A stretch of 63,967 nt of DNA, filler included, from an uncultured Methanosarcinales archaeon (lineage in GTDB: Archaea; Nanobdellota; Nanobdellia; Woesearchaeales; CALCXY01), in the NCBI GenBank assembly GCA_964385185.1. It is 7 parts of 7 records of this genome, joined end to end, with 100 filler letters (N's around TTAATTAATTAA, not from the genome) between each part and the next. Parts side by side here need not be neighbours in the genome. Positions count along the whole stretch, not along the records: positions 1 to 10,721 come from CAYLOA010000031.1; 6 more parts are not named here. One strand, given 5' to 3'. Every line of letters starts with the position of its first letter. Position 1 is the first letter of the stretch. Under the pieces are notes generated by a model, which was not told where the DNA came from, did not search any database, and saw only the letters and a list, made by a program, of their open reading frames with translations. Positions 1 through 8,165 of the stretch are shown piece by piece. The position numbers and the translations under genes were made by a program.

Positions 1-3000
1 GGCAAAAAGGAAATTTTTGTAGGCAATCGGTGAACTATAATGTTGTGCATTTGAAATGTCTTGGCTTGCAAGAATCTGTGATAAGTTTGAAGCATTAAAT
101 TGGTAGATAAAACCATACTCATTACCTGCATAGATATTATTATTCGAGATTGCTGGGACGGGTCCTCGGAATAAGGTAAGGTCTGCAGTTTTATCGAGTT
201 GTTGACTAATGTTTGTTGCATTTAGCCTGAAGATACCATCTCTAAGACCTACTCCATACAGAGAATTATCATAGACTAGGGGATTTCCTGTTGATACTCC
301 AATATTATTTGAGGTAAGTGTTAGGATGGAAATATCTGGGGGAATGGGTCCTGGATAATAATTTGTACCATTTAATGTCCTACCATCCATGGTCCATTCG
401 GAGAGGGAAGATGCGCTAGAGGAATTTGGAAGCGGATCTATAATATGATCAATTTCTATATGACCTGAAATTTTAAGGTCGAATGTATCTTGTTGCCCTA
501 TGAGGTTTGTTAGATACACTTTGTATTCTCTTTCTGTGCTAATATTTTGAAATTGTGCTATGAGGAAGGATTGACCTTCTTCGAATATTTGGACACTGCC
601 ATTTCCTTTTGCGAATAGAGTTATGTCTCTTGAAGAATCTAGAGGGACTTCAAATGTTGCTCGGATGTAATCTTGGTCCGGGATTGTTGTGAAGTTATTG
701 TCCTTTTTGTTTACATACTCGAAGATGTCTCTTAGGTATGTTCTGTTTTGGTCCAGATGCTCAGCTCTTGATATTTCAATTATAATTTGATACGTTTGGT
801 TGCTGAGTGAGGGGACGATCCAGTATACTGTGTCGATAAGGCTATTATTATTGCTGTCTGCTAGGGCTTCTGGTTCGATTAGGATGTAGGTGTCGTTGAC
901 TAACCACCTTATTCTTATTTCCTCAGCAGGGGTTTCCTTTATGGTGGTGTATGCAAGGATATTTTCATAATGGATATCTGAAGAGATTATTACTTCTTTT
1001 TTAGTAGGTGATATTGTGTTTTCTACTGCTGTAGGGCCTTGTGTGTAGTATTCTATTTGGAATTCTTCAATTTCATCTTCTATAGTAATTGTAGAGTTTG
1101 TTTCACTTGGTGTGGTGGGGAGGCCAACAACTGCGCCAGTTATGTCTGTGTTGAATCTAAGGAATATCCACTCAGCAAATCTGGTGATTATACCTTTCGA
1201 TCCTGTTTGTAGTGTGACGGCTCCTGTTATGGCGTCTCTTTGTTCTGCTAGGCCGATCAGCCTGATATTTTTTTGACGTAATTCATCTTTTTGTAGAATA
1301 ATGTCTTGTTTTTCATTATTAACTCTCAGAATTTCTTTTTCTATTTTTTCTACTTGTTTTACTTTTTCGTAATCCTCAAGAGATTGAAGATTACCAGCAT
1401 ACTCTATCTTGATATTATTTGTCGTTACTTGAAATTCAACTCCTTGTGATATTTTTGTTATTGAGATATTCGTAGCATCTAGTGATATTGGCATAGAGAG
1501 ATTTTCTACTGTTCTGTCAATTTTTATATCTCTCACCCATTTTACAGGTTGATTTAAGATTACAAGGTGTTGAGGGGATATTACTTCTGTGATTTTGGGC
1601 TCTTCTACAACGGTTATTGTGAATAGATTACTTACCGCGATGTTTTTCGAATCATTGGCTGTTATGAATGTAGATTGTTCTCCTGTGTAATTTTTATCTG
1701 GAATAATTTGAACTGAGTTATTGGCTAGTATGAACTTTATGTTTTCTGTCTCTAAAATTGTGTAGTTTAATTTAGGAGAATCTGCGTCCCTGAAGTAATT
1801 TGAAAGATTTAAAATGAAATTGGTATCTTTTACTAGATTGATATCTGGAATGTCTTTATACGCTATAGGTGGTGATTCTGATGCGATTAACGGTGTATCT
1901 ACTGTGTATTTTATCCTATGTATGTCCACTTCACTATTGTCCAACTCAAACTCAAGATGGAGATTTGAGTTTCCGATTCTATCCATGAGGCATGTTTCTT
2001 CACAGATATCTACAAACGATTCTGATTCTTCCCGGAAGCTCACTGTTTTTGAGTCTGCTTCAGAGCTGATGACTTCGAGTGAAGTATTGTATTCAACATA
2101 GAGCACTCTGGCAGCAACGGTGTTAGTTTCTGTGGAATCGTACAATCCTTTATACAGGTAGAGCGGTGAGTTCCAAGAATCTTCAGTGGGAGCGAGATCG
2201 GCAATAGTACAACATTGTGTATTTCCATTGCAGAGGAGAGTTGATTCTGTTTTACTTATGGGAAGAATCTCCCAAATTGTGCAGAGATTTGATTGCTCTA
2301 CTTGCCAGGAAAATTCTGAATTTTCAACAGTTACATCTACAATGCCCGTTACACTTTCTTGGCCATTGTTATCTGTATCGTAGGGAGTATTATCTTTAAA
2401 GGTAAGTTTTGTGAATATTGATTTATTGCCTTCGACTGCGACTATAATCGGATCCTTGATGGTTGAATCAATACTTGTAGACGTTGCTGTATCTGGACCA
2501 ATAATTTTCCTAGAGTCGAGTATGAGATGTTTTGTGCCATTGTCAACTAGGAAAATCTTAGCCGATCCTGAACCTATGAGTTCTCCCGATATTGCAAATG
2601 ATGTTACCCCTTCCTCAAGATCTAACTCATATGTTTGAGACCTGTTAAATGAAAGATTCAGATGGTCATATTTCTGGAATGAATCATATGCGACTAATCC
2701 TGTAATGCTTGTATCTACAGGTATCCAGAATACCCCTAGTATTGTTAATAGAAGCACTGCAGCAAGTGGTATTGCTCTTTTGTAGTCGATATCTGGAAGG
2801 GTGAATTGTAATTTAGGAATTAAGGATGTTATTTTTTCCCTTATTGCAATAAGTTCCTCTTTAGGGGGTTCTACTGAAATTTTCTCATCAACTTCAGGAT
2901 TATGATATGCATTCTTTATTTGTAGGTATTTTAACTTGAGCCCATTTTGTTTCTGGATGTAACTATTTTTCCAGTGTTTACATTTGCTGTTCCATGATAC

Positions 3001-3372
3001 CTTTGTGGATTGTATCCAAGCCTGGAATATTCGGTCAGGAGACTTTTCTTCTTCATCTAAAATTTCTTCAAATTCCCTGATAAACGACTCGTCAGTATTT
3101 TGCTCTTGTAGTTCGAGATATCCTCTGTTCAACAAGTTACTGTATTTATCTTTAGTTGTAATGTGTATCTTTTGAGATTTTGAGAAATTAAGGATTTTCT
3201 TTTTGTATGTTGACCACAGGAACTCTGCTAGTATGTACAGTGCAATAGCTAATGTAGTTTTCTGGAGAGATTTTGAGAGTAGGAGAACTGCTATGCCTAT
3301 GGCTAATATAACTAATAGGTACTTGCCCCTCTTGAAATGAAGTTTTTGCTCGTCTCTAGGTGTCTCTATCAT
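1..3372 (-). CDS. Giant secreted/surface protein, 3'-truncated by window edge (>1100 aa); paralog of 21192-23559
   Basis: Absent from the ORF track. ATG at 3372 overlaps the upstream stop (ATGA) and reads MIETPRDEQKLHFKRGKYLLVILAIGIAVLLL. Spot translations stay in this frame and match the 807-aa ORF (EQRDAITGAVTLQTGSKGIITRFAEWIFLRFNTDITGAVVGLP vs EQRDSITGAVILDTGSKGYITRFFEWLFIRFNAQITGAVIGLP). Confidence 0.85.
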   Translation of the reverse strand, partial: MIETPRDEQKLHFKRGKYLLVILAIGIAVLLLSKSLQKTTLAIALYILAEFLWSTYKKKILNFSKSQKIHITTKDKYSNLLNRGYLELQEQNTDESFIREFEEILDEEEKSPDRIFQAWIQSTKVSWNSKCKHWKNSYIQKQNGLKLKYLQIKNAYHNPEVDEKISVEPPKEELIAIREKITSLIPKLQFTLPDIDYKRAIPLAAVLLLTILGVFWIPVDTSITGLVAYDSFQKYDHLNLSFNRSQTYELDLEEGVTSFAISGELIGSGSAKIFLVDNGTKHLILDSRKIIGPDTATSTSIDSTIKDPIIVAVEGNKSIFTKLTFKDNTPYDTDNNGQESVTGIVDVTVENSEFSWQVEQSNLCTIWEILPISKTESTLLCNGNTQCCTIADLAPTEDSWNSPLYLYKGLYDSTETNTVAARVLYVEYNTSLEVISSEADSKTVSFREESESFVDICEETCLMDRIGNSNLHLEFELDNSEVDIHRIKYTVDTPLIASESPPIAYKDIPDINLVKDTNFILNLSNYFRDADSPKLNYTILETENIKFILANNSVQIIPDKNYTGEQSTFITANDSKNIAVSNLFTITVVEEPKITEVISPQHLVILNQPVKWVRDIKIDRTVENLSMPISLDATNISITKISQGVEFQVTTNNIKIEYAGNLQSLEDYEKVKQVEKIEKEILRVNNEKQDIILQKDELRQKNIRLIGLAEQRDAITGAVTLQTGSKGIITRFAEWIFLRFNTDITGAVVGLPTTPSETNSTITIEDEIEEFQIEYYTQGPTAVENTISPTKKEVIISSDIHYENILAYTTIKETPAEEIRIRWLVNDTYILIEPEALADSNNNSLIDTVYWIVPSLSNQTYQIIIEISRAEHLDQNRTYLRDIFEYVNKKDNNFTTIPDQDYIRATFEVPLDSSRDITLFAKGNGSVQIFEEGQSFLIAQFQNISTEREYKVYLTNLIGQQDTFDLKISGHIEIDHIIDPLPNSSSASSLSEWTMDGRTLNGTNYYPGPIPPDISILTLTSNNIGVSTGNPLVYDNSLYGVGLRDGIFRLNATNISQQLDKTADLTLFRGPVPAISNNNIYAGNEYGFIYQFNASNLSQILASQDISNAQHYSSPIAYKNFLFA

Positions 3373-3845
3373 TTTTTAGTAGCTCTCTTATAGACTGTCC
3401 AAATTGTTCTGTAATTTCTGTTTAGGAGGGAAGCGATTTCTGTATAGGTAAGTGATTCATTGTCTTTGAGATGGTGTACAATTGTTTCTAAGATTGAATT
3501 TTTGCTCTTTTTGAATATTGAAACTGGAATTGTTGAGAATGTGGATACAATTTTTAATCTAGACGGATGTTTGCTCTTTGCATTACGATAGGTCGTACCG
3601 ATGGGTCCAACCTTTCTGTTTAGGATAGCCGCAATTTTGGAATAGGTGTAGTTTAATTCCTCTCTGAGGTACTTAACCAGGGTTTCTAGAGGACCTAATG
3701 ATGTGGCTTTGAAAATAGAGAGAGGGATATTGATTTCTGTCTTTTGCTCGACGTACTGTAAGAATTCTTCAAATAACTCTTCTTTGGATTGGTCTTTAAG
3801 GGAATCTAGGTCTAACTCGCTCTTAGTATTCCTAATTTTACTCAT
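3369..3845 (-). CDS. Tandem helix-turn-helix putative transcriptional regulator
   Basis: Two internal repeats of IPxSIF...LETxVxxL...TYxxIAxxLNR...TxYxxA (sigma70-r4-like HTH); paralog at 23556-24044. Confidence 0.7.
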   Translation of the reverse strand: MSKIRNTKSELDLDSLKDQSKEELFEEFLQYVEQKTEINIPLSIFKATSLGPLETLVKYLREELNYTYSKIAAILNRKVGPIGTTYRNAKSKHPSRLKIVSTFSTIPVSIFKKSKNSILETIVHHLKDNESLTYTEIASLLNRNYRTIWTVYKRATKK

Positions 3846-3978
3846 TATGTAGTATTATTGTATTATATTAAGAATTGTTTATAAAATTAACTATAAAATA
3901 AGCATATTATGTAATAATATTATATTTAAAAAAATAAGAACTATGATGAATAGATTATATCATATTCTCTTAGAAAAA

Positions 3979-4793
3979 TTAGTTTGCAGGAGGGAATCCA
4001 ATTTCTCCACCTGGGAATCCGCCTATACATGTAGCAGTTCCTGATGATTCATCACAAGTGATTCCACAAGATACTTCATCATATTTTCCATTTTCGTTGC
4101 ACCTGAGAAGTATGTTACTATCAATATTTCCTAGATCGTATATTGCATCCCCTGGTGCACATTCGTTACAATAAGCGTTTCCATCACCTTCATCAGTGCA
4201 CCCATATTCAATACAGGGTGTGAATGGTGACCACTCGCCACCATTACATTCCAAAAGTTCATTTATATCACATCTTGTTGCAAAAGGTGTGTCACATCCT
4301 GTGGATGGTTCGAGTGTAATATCTTTAATTATCCAATTTAAATCCCATTCTGATCCTACCCATTCCCATTCAGCAAAGTAAATTTTGTATGATTCTTCAA
4401 CTAATGCGTCTGGTAGATCTAGAGTTCCAGCTAGAGAGTTTGATCCTTTGTTAGGGAACAGAAATGTGTATGTGGTAATTTCTTCTAAATTTGAAGGTGT
4501 GTTGTGAAATGAGGAAATTTCGATAGGTACCCATTGACCTTCGGATGGATTCGATTCGCTTGCAACATATGCTTGTTCGTAAAAAGCCTGAATATTTTGA
4601 GATGATGCTCCAAACATAAAATCCACAGGAGCTCCTGCACTGACCTCTGGAGTGGTAATTTGAAGTTCTTCCGCATCTATAAATTTAATTGCTTCTCCAA
4701 CCAATGAACCAGGAGATTGAGGTAGGGCTGAAAAATCAATTTCTGAACATGCAGATAGCATGAGTAATGCTACAATGAATAGTATTTTTTCAT
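3979..4793 (-). pseudogene. Cys-rich acidic putative lipoprotein, frameshifted in an A6 tract just after the start codon
   Basis: ATG at 4793 is followed by six A. A seventh A gives MKKILFIVALLMLSAC (lipobox-like) in frame with the 260-aa ORF. Confidence 0.6.
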
Positions 4794-4842
4794 TAACCGT
4801 TCTTAGAAGCTTTAATTTAAAAGGTTTGTTGTTTTTGATGAG

Positions 4843-4947
4843 TTACTTCTCTAGAAATTCCTTAATCTCATCGCCTATCGACTGAACGGTCAGCTCGACA
4901 CCCGAGTAGTAAGGGGATTCACTGTGTGAACCCCTCAGCTAAAAAAA
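4843..4947. repeat. Duplicate of the dcd 3' end (36 nt) plus a GC-rich two-hairpin insert
   Basis: 4843-4878 matches 4948-4983 at 33/36 nt. Hairpins TCGACTGA-ACGG-TCAGCTCGA (4878-4898) and AGGGGATTCAC-TGT-GTGAACCCCT (4912-4935). Confidence 0.85.
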
Positions 4948-5526
4948 TTATTTTTCTAGAAATTCCTGAATCTCATCGCCTATTTTACTGACGGAAGGAT
5001 CAGATTCGTGCATATACTTAGCGTCTTTCTTTTTATGGTAAGGATTTTCTGCTTCACTGCTGAGCATTTCAAACATCATCTGAGCAATCTTTGCTCCTGG
5101 ATGAAGACAGACAGGTAAATTAGATAAATTTGCAATTTCTAGAGTAAGATGGCCGGAAAATCCTGGATCTACTTTTCCTGCTGTTGAATGAACAACAATT
5201 CCTAATCTTCCCCAGCTTGATCTTCCTTCTAGTCTTCCAATCATATTGTCAGGAATTCTGACTTTTTCAGAGATGGATGCTAGGACAAATTCTCCTGGAT
5301 GGATGATAAACGGTTCGTCTGACTTTTCTGTCAATTCCATAATGTTATCAGGAATTCCTTTTTTTGGATCTATATGTGTGTGTTCTGATTTTCTAAATAC
5401 ACGAAATGCTGTACCTAAAGAGAGGTCGATTGAACAAGGGCCTACTGCAGACTTGTCAAAAGGATCTACAATGAGTTTCTTTTGTTCGATAGATTTAATG
5501 ATATCTACATCTGATAGTACAGTCAT
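4948..5526 (-). CDS. dcd: dCTP deaminase
   Basis: LSDVDI, PCSIDLSL, GRSSWGRLG, TAGKVDPGFSGHLTLE motifs. Confidence 0.95.
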   Translation of the reverse strand: MTVLSDVDIIKSIEQKKLIVDPFDKSAVGPCSIDLSLGTAFRVFRKSEHTHIDPKKGIPDNIMELTEKSDEPFIIHPGEFVLASISEKVRIPDNMIGRLEGRSSWGRLGIVVHSTAGKVDPGFSGHLTLEIANLSNLPVCLHPGAKIAQMMFEMLSSEAENPYHKKKDAKYMHESDPSVSKIGDEIQEFLEK

Positions 5527-5660
5527 AATATGTGGTAGAATGGGGTGTTTTTATGTATTTAGGTTGTGGAAACGGTATCTTTATAAATGGTTCTGGGTTC
5601 CTTATATCATTCGAGGGGTAACCTGGTTAAGGCTTGGTTATACTGGAGGGTAAAAAATAA

Positions 5661-5750
5661 TGAGGACTTTGATTAATCAGGTAAAATCCCAAAGTCCTCA
5701 AAGAGAACATTGAATAATTATTCATAAATGAGTTATTCAATGTTATCTAT
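5661..5750. repeat. Double-hairpin dispersed repeat, copy A (copy B at 60806-60896)
   Basis: TGAGGACTTTG...CAAAGTCCTCA followed by AACATTGAATAA...TTATTCAATGTT. Confidence 0.8.
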
Positions 5751-5792
5751 TTACTATTTTTTCTCTCAGAAATTCGAATGGAGATATAAAAC

Positions 5793-6248
5793 ATGGCAAA
5801 AATGCATTCAAGAGATAAAGGAAGAAGTGGTAGTACAAAACCGAGTAAAAAAACTAAGCCGTTATGGACTAGTTTAAAGACTGCGGAAATAGAGATGATT
5901 GTTTTTAAACTTGCAAAAGATGGTAACAGTACCAGTCAAATTGGAATGGTATTAAGAGATAGTTATGGTATTCCAGACGTGAAGGTTGTTACTAAGAAAA
6001 GTGTAAGTGATATTCTAAAAGAGAAGAAATCATTGCCTGAAATCCCAGATGATTTGATGGCTTTGATGAAAAAACTCGTTAACTTGGAAAAACATTTTGA
6101 AGCAAATCGACAAGATAAAACTTCACTACGAGGAATTCAATTAACTGAATCAAAGATTAAACGGCTTGTTAAGTATTACAAACAAACCAAAAAATTAGCA
6201 GTTGATTGGAAGTACGACAGCAGGAGTATCAGGCTGTACACCGAGTAG
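5793..6248 (+). CDS. rps15: 30S ribosomal protein uS15 (S15P/S13e)
   Basis: MAKMHSR..G.SGS, SQIGMVLRDSYGIPDVK, ESKIKRLVKYYK. Confidence 0.97.
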   Translation: MAKMHSRDKGRSGSTKPSKKTKPLWTSLKTAEIEMIVFKLAKDGNSTSQIGMVLRDSYGIPDVKVVTKKSVSDILKEKKSLPEIPDDLMALMKKLVNLEKHFEANRQDKTSLRGIQLTESKIKRLVKYYKQTKKLAVDWKYDSRSIRLYTE

Positions 6249-7631
6249 ATGACTTTGCATGCCTTCATGGCTAAGGTAGAAGAAGCTGCCAAGGTTGTGA
6301 AAGAGATATTCAAGGAAGAACCCATTAAGATAGTGGGGCACATAGATGCTGATGGTATTAGTGCCACAGCTATCGTGATGAAAGTTCTCCAAAGACTTGG
6401 ATATCAATTCTCTGTCTCAAATATTCAACAACTGAGTGTTCGGACTTTGGTTGACTTGAAAGAGGAACCCTATCAACATTATATTTTTGTTGATCTTGGA
6501 AGCAGTCTTTTAGATGAGATCGAGAAAATAATTCCTGAACGGCAGGTGATCATTTTAGATCATCATATACCTAAAGGGAATGGAAAGGCATTACATGTTA
6601 ATCCTCATCTTTTTGGGATAGATGGTGGTAGTGCTATCAGTGGAGCAGGAGTGTGTTACTTATTTGCTAAGGCAGTTTCTATACAAAATAAAGATTTGGC
6701 ACATCTTGGAATTATAGGAGCATTGGGTGATTCACAGTATACTGACTCATTTGGTGAACTTAATACCTTAATTCTTAAAGACGCCGTTGAGTCTAGTAAA
6801 ATGGCGGTTGAAAAAGGACTACGTATTTTTGGATTTCATACACGACCTTTGTACAAAGCTCTTTGTCATAGTGGGGAATTGGTTATTCCTGATGTGACAG
6901 GAAGTGAATCAGGAGCTATTCAATTCCTTACTGATATTGGGATTCATCCTAAAGCAGGAGCTGGATGGAGAACATTGAGTACCTTGACTAAAGAGGAGGA
7001 GAAGACATTGATTGAGGGAGTTATTCTTCGACGACAGGGAGAGAAAGTTCCTGAGGATGTATTTGGAGAACGGTTTGTACTGGCTGAAGAGGATAGAGAA
7101 AGCTATTTTTATGAAGCTAAGGAGTTTTCAACTTTGTTGAATGCTTGTGGACGATTGCATAGAATTGGGGTAGGATTGAGTATCTGTCTTGGTGGCAAAG
7201 AGGCTAAACAGAAAGCTCAGAAGGTTTTGCAAGATTACAAATATGAATTAACTGCTGCGTTAGACTGGCTTCGTGCGAGTAAGGATGTTGTTAAAGGAAG
7301 AAGCTGGATGTTAGCAAATGCTAAAGATCGAGTAAAGGCAACTATTGTGGGTACCGTTGCAAGTATGGTAACTAAAGGCAAAATTTTTGATGTGGATTAT
7401 GTCATTATAATGGCACGAGATGGTGAAGGGCATAGTAAGATTAGTATGCGTTCATCTCACGATGGATTAGATGATGTTCGATCATTATTGGAAAAGGCTG
7501 CAGTTACCGTCGATGGAGAGAGTGGTGGACATGCACAAGCTGCTGGAGCTTTGATACCGGTGGATAAAGAAGAAGATTTTATTTCTGAGATGAAATTAGT
7601 ATTAGATAAAAAAGTGATTGAAAAGAATTGA
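6249..7631 (+). CDS. RecJ/Cdc45-like DHH phosphoesterase
   Basis: HIDADG, DLGS, LDHH, GALGD, SGGHAQAAGA; usual archaeal position after rps15. Confidence 0.9.
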   Translation: MTLHAFMAKVEEAAKVVKEIFKEEPIKIVGHIDADGISATAIVMKVLQRLGYQFSVSNIQQLSVRTLVDLKEEPYQHYIFVDLGSSLLDEIEKIIPERQVIILDHHIPKGNGKALHVNPHLFGIDGGSAISGAGVCYLFAKAVSIQNKDLAHLGIIGALGDSQYTDSFGELNTLILKDAVESSKMAVEKGLRIFGFHTRPLYKALCHSGELVIPDVTGSESGAIQFLTDIGIHPKAGAGWRTLSTLTKEEEKTLIEGVILRRQGEKVPEDVFGERFVLAEEDRESYFYEAKEFSTLLNACGRLHRIGVGLSICLGGKEAKQKAQKVLQDYKYELTAALDWLRASKDVVKGRSWMLANAKDRVKATIVGTVASMVTKGKIFDVDYVIIMARDGEGHSKISMRSSHDGLDDVRSLLEKAAVTVDGESGGHAQAAGALIPVDKEEDFISEMKLVLDKKVIEKN

Positions 7632-7659
7632 TAAAAAAAATTCATAAAAGGGGAAAAAA

Positions 7660-7926
7660 TTAAAGCATATTCTTGATTTTTTCCATTGCGGAAGCAACAT
7701 CTTGACCATTTCTTGTTAGACTCAAAAGTTTTAGTCTTCCTTGCTTGTCAAAATGCACTAAATCTGCTTTTTCCATTTCTTGAAGAATTTTTACAACATG
7801 TGAATATGTACAATCTATTTGTTTAGCTAAACTTGATGCATAAATTTGTGATTTTGCATTTTTTAAACCAATCAGCATCTTTGCTGGTTTCTCCCTAAAA
7901 AAAACATTGAATACTTTTTCATTCAT
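7660..7926 (-). CDS. Small winged-helix (MarR/ArsR-like) DNA-binding protein
   Basis: YASSLAKQIDCTYSHVVKIL...KQGRLKLLSLTRNG. Confidence 0.8.
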   Translation of the reverse strand: MNEKVFNVFFREKPAKMLIGLKNAKSQIYASSLAKQIDCTYSHVVKILQEMEKADLVHFDKQGRLKLLSLTRNGQDVASAMEKIKNML

Positions 7927-8165
7927 TGAATATCAACCCCGTTAGTCATCCTCTTTTTGTTTGAAAATCCTATATGTTGGAATGGTTATGTGGTATTTAA
8001 AGGTTGTGCTTTTCTGAAAATTGTTATTGTCACATGACGGGGAGGAATACTTTGTCGACTTAATTTTTTTGAATTCATTGTAGTATATGATTCGTGCTGG
8101 TCTTAAAAAATTTACGGTAGAATTGTCGTGTAGGAAACTATTTAAACAACCTAGCGTTGGATAAA

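Noticed and set aside
1814..3175. Several short + strand ORFs
   Set aside because: Antisense shadows of the giant minus-strand ORF 1-3372; the same applies to most short ORFs opposite long genes elsewhere
4843..4983. DGR template/variable repeat pair at the dcd 3' end
   Set aside because: Only 36 nt, mismatches are not confined to adenines of one copy, and no reverse transcriptase is in the window
8020..8135. TTGTC(A/G) motifs between the small wHTH gene and the XPD helicase
   Set aside because: Three short, irregularly spaced matches; too weak to call an operator
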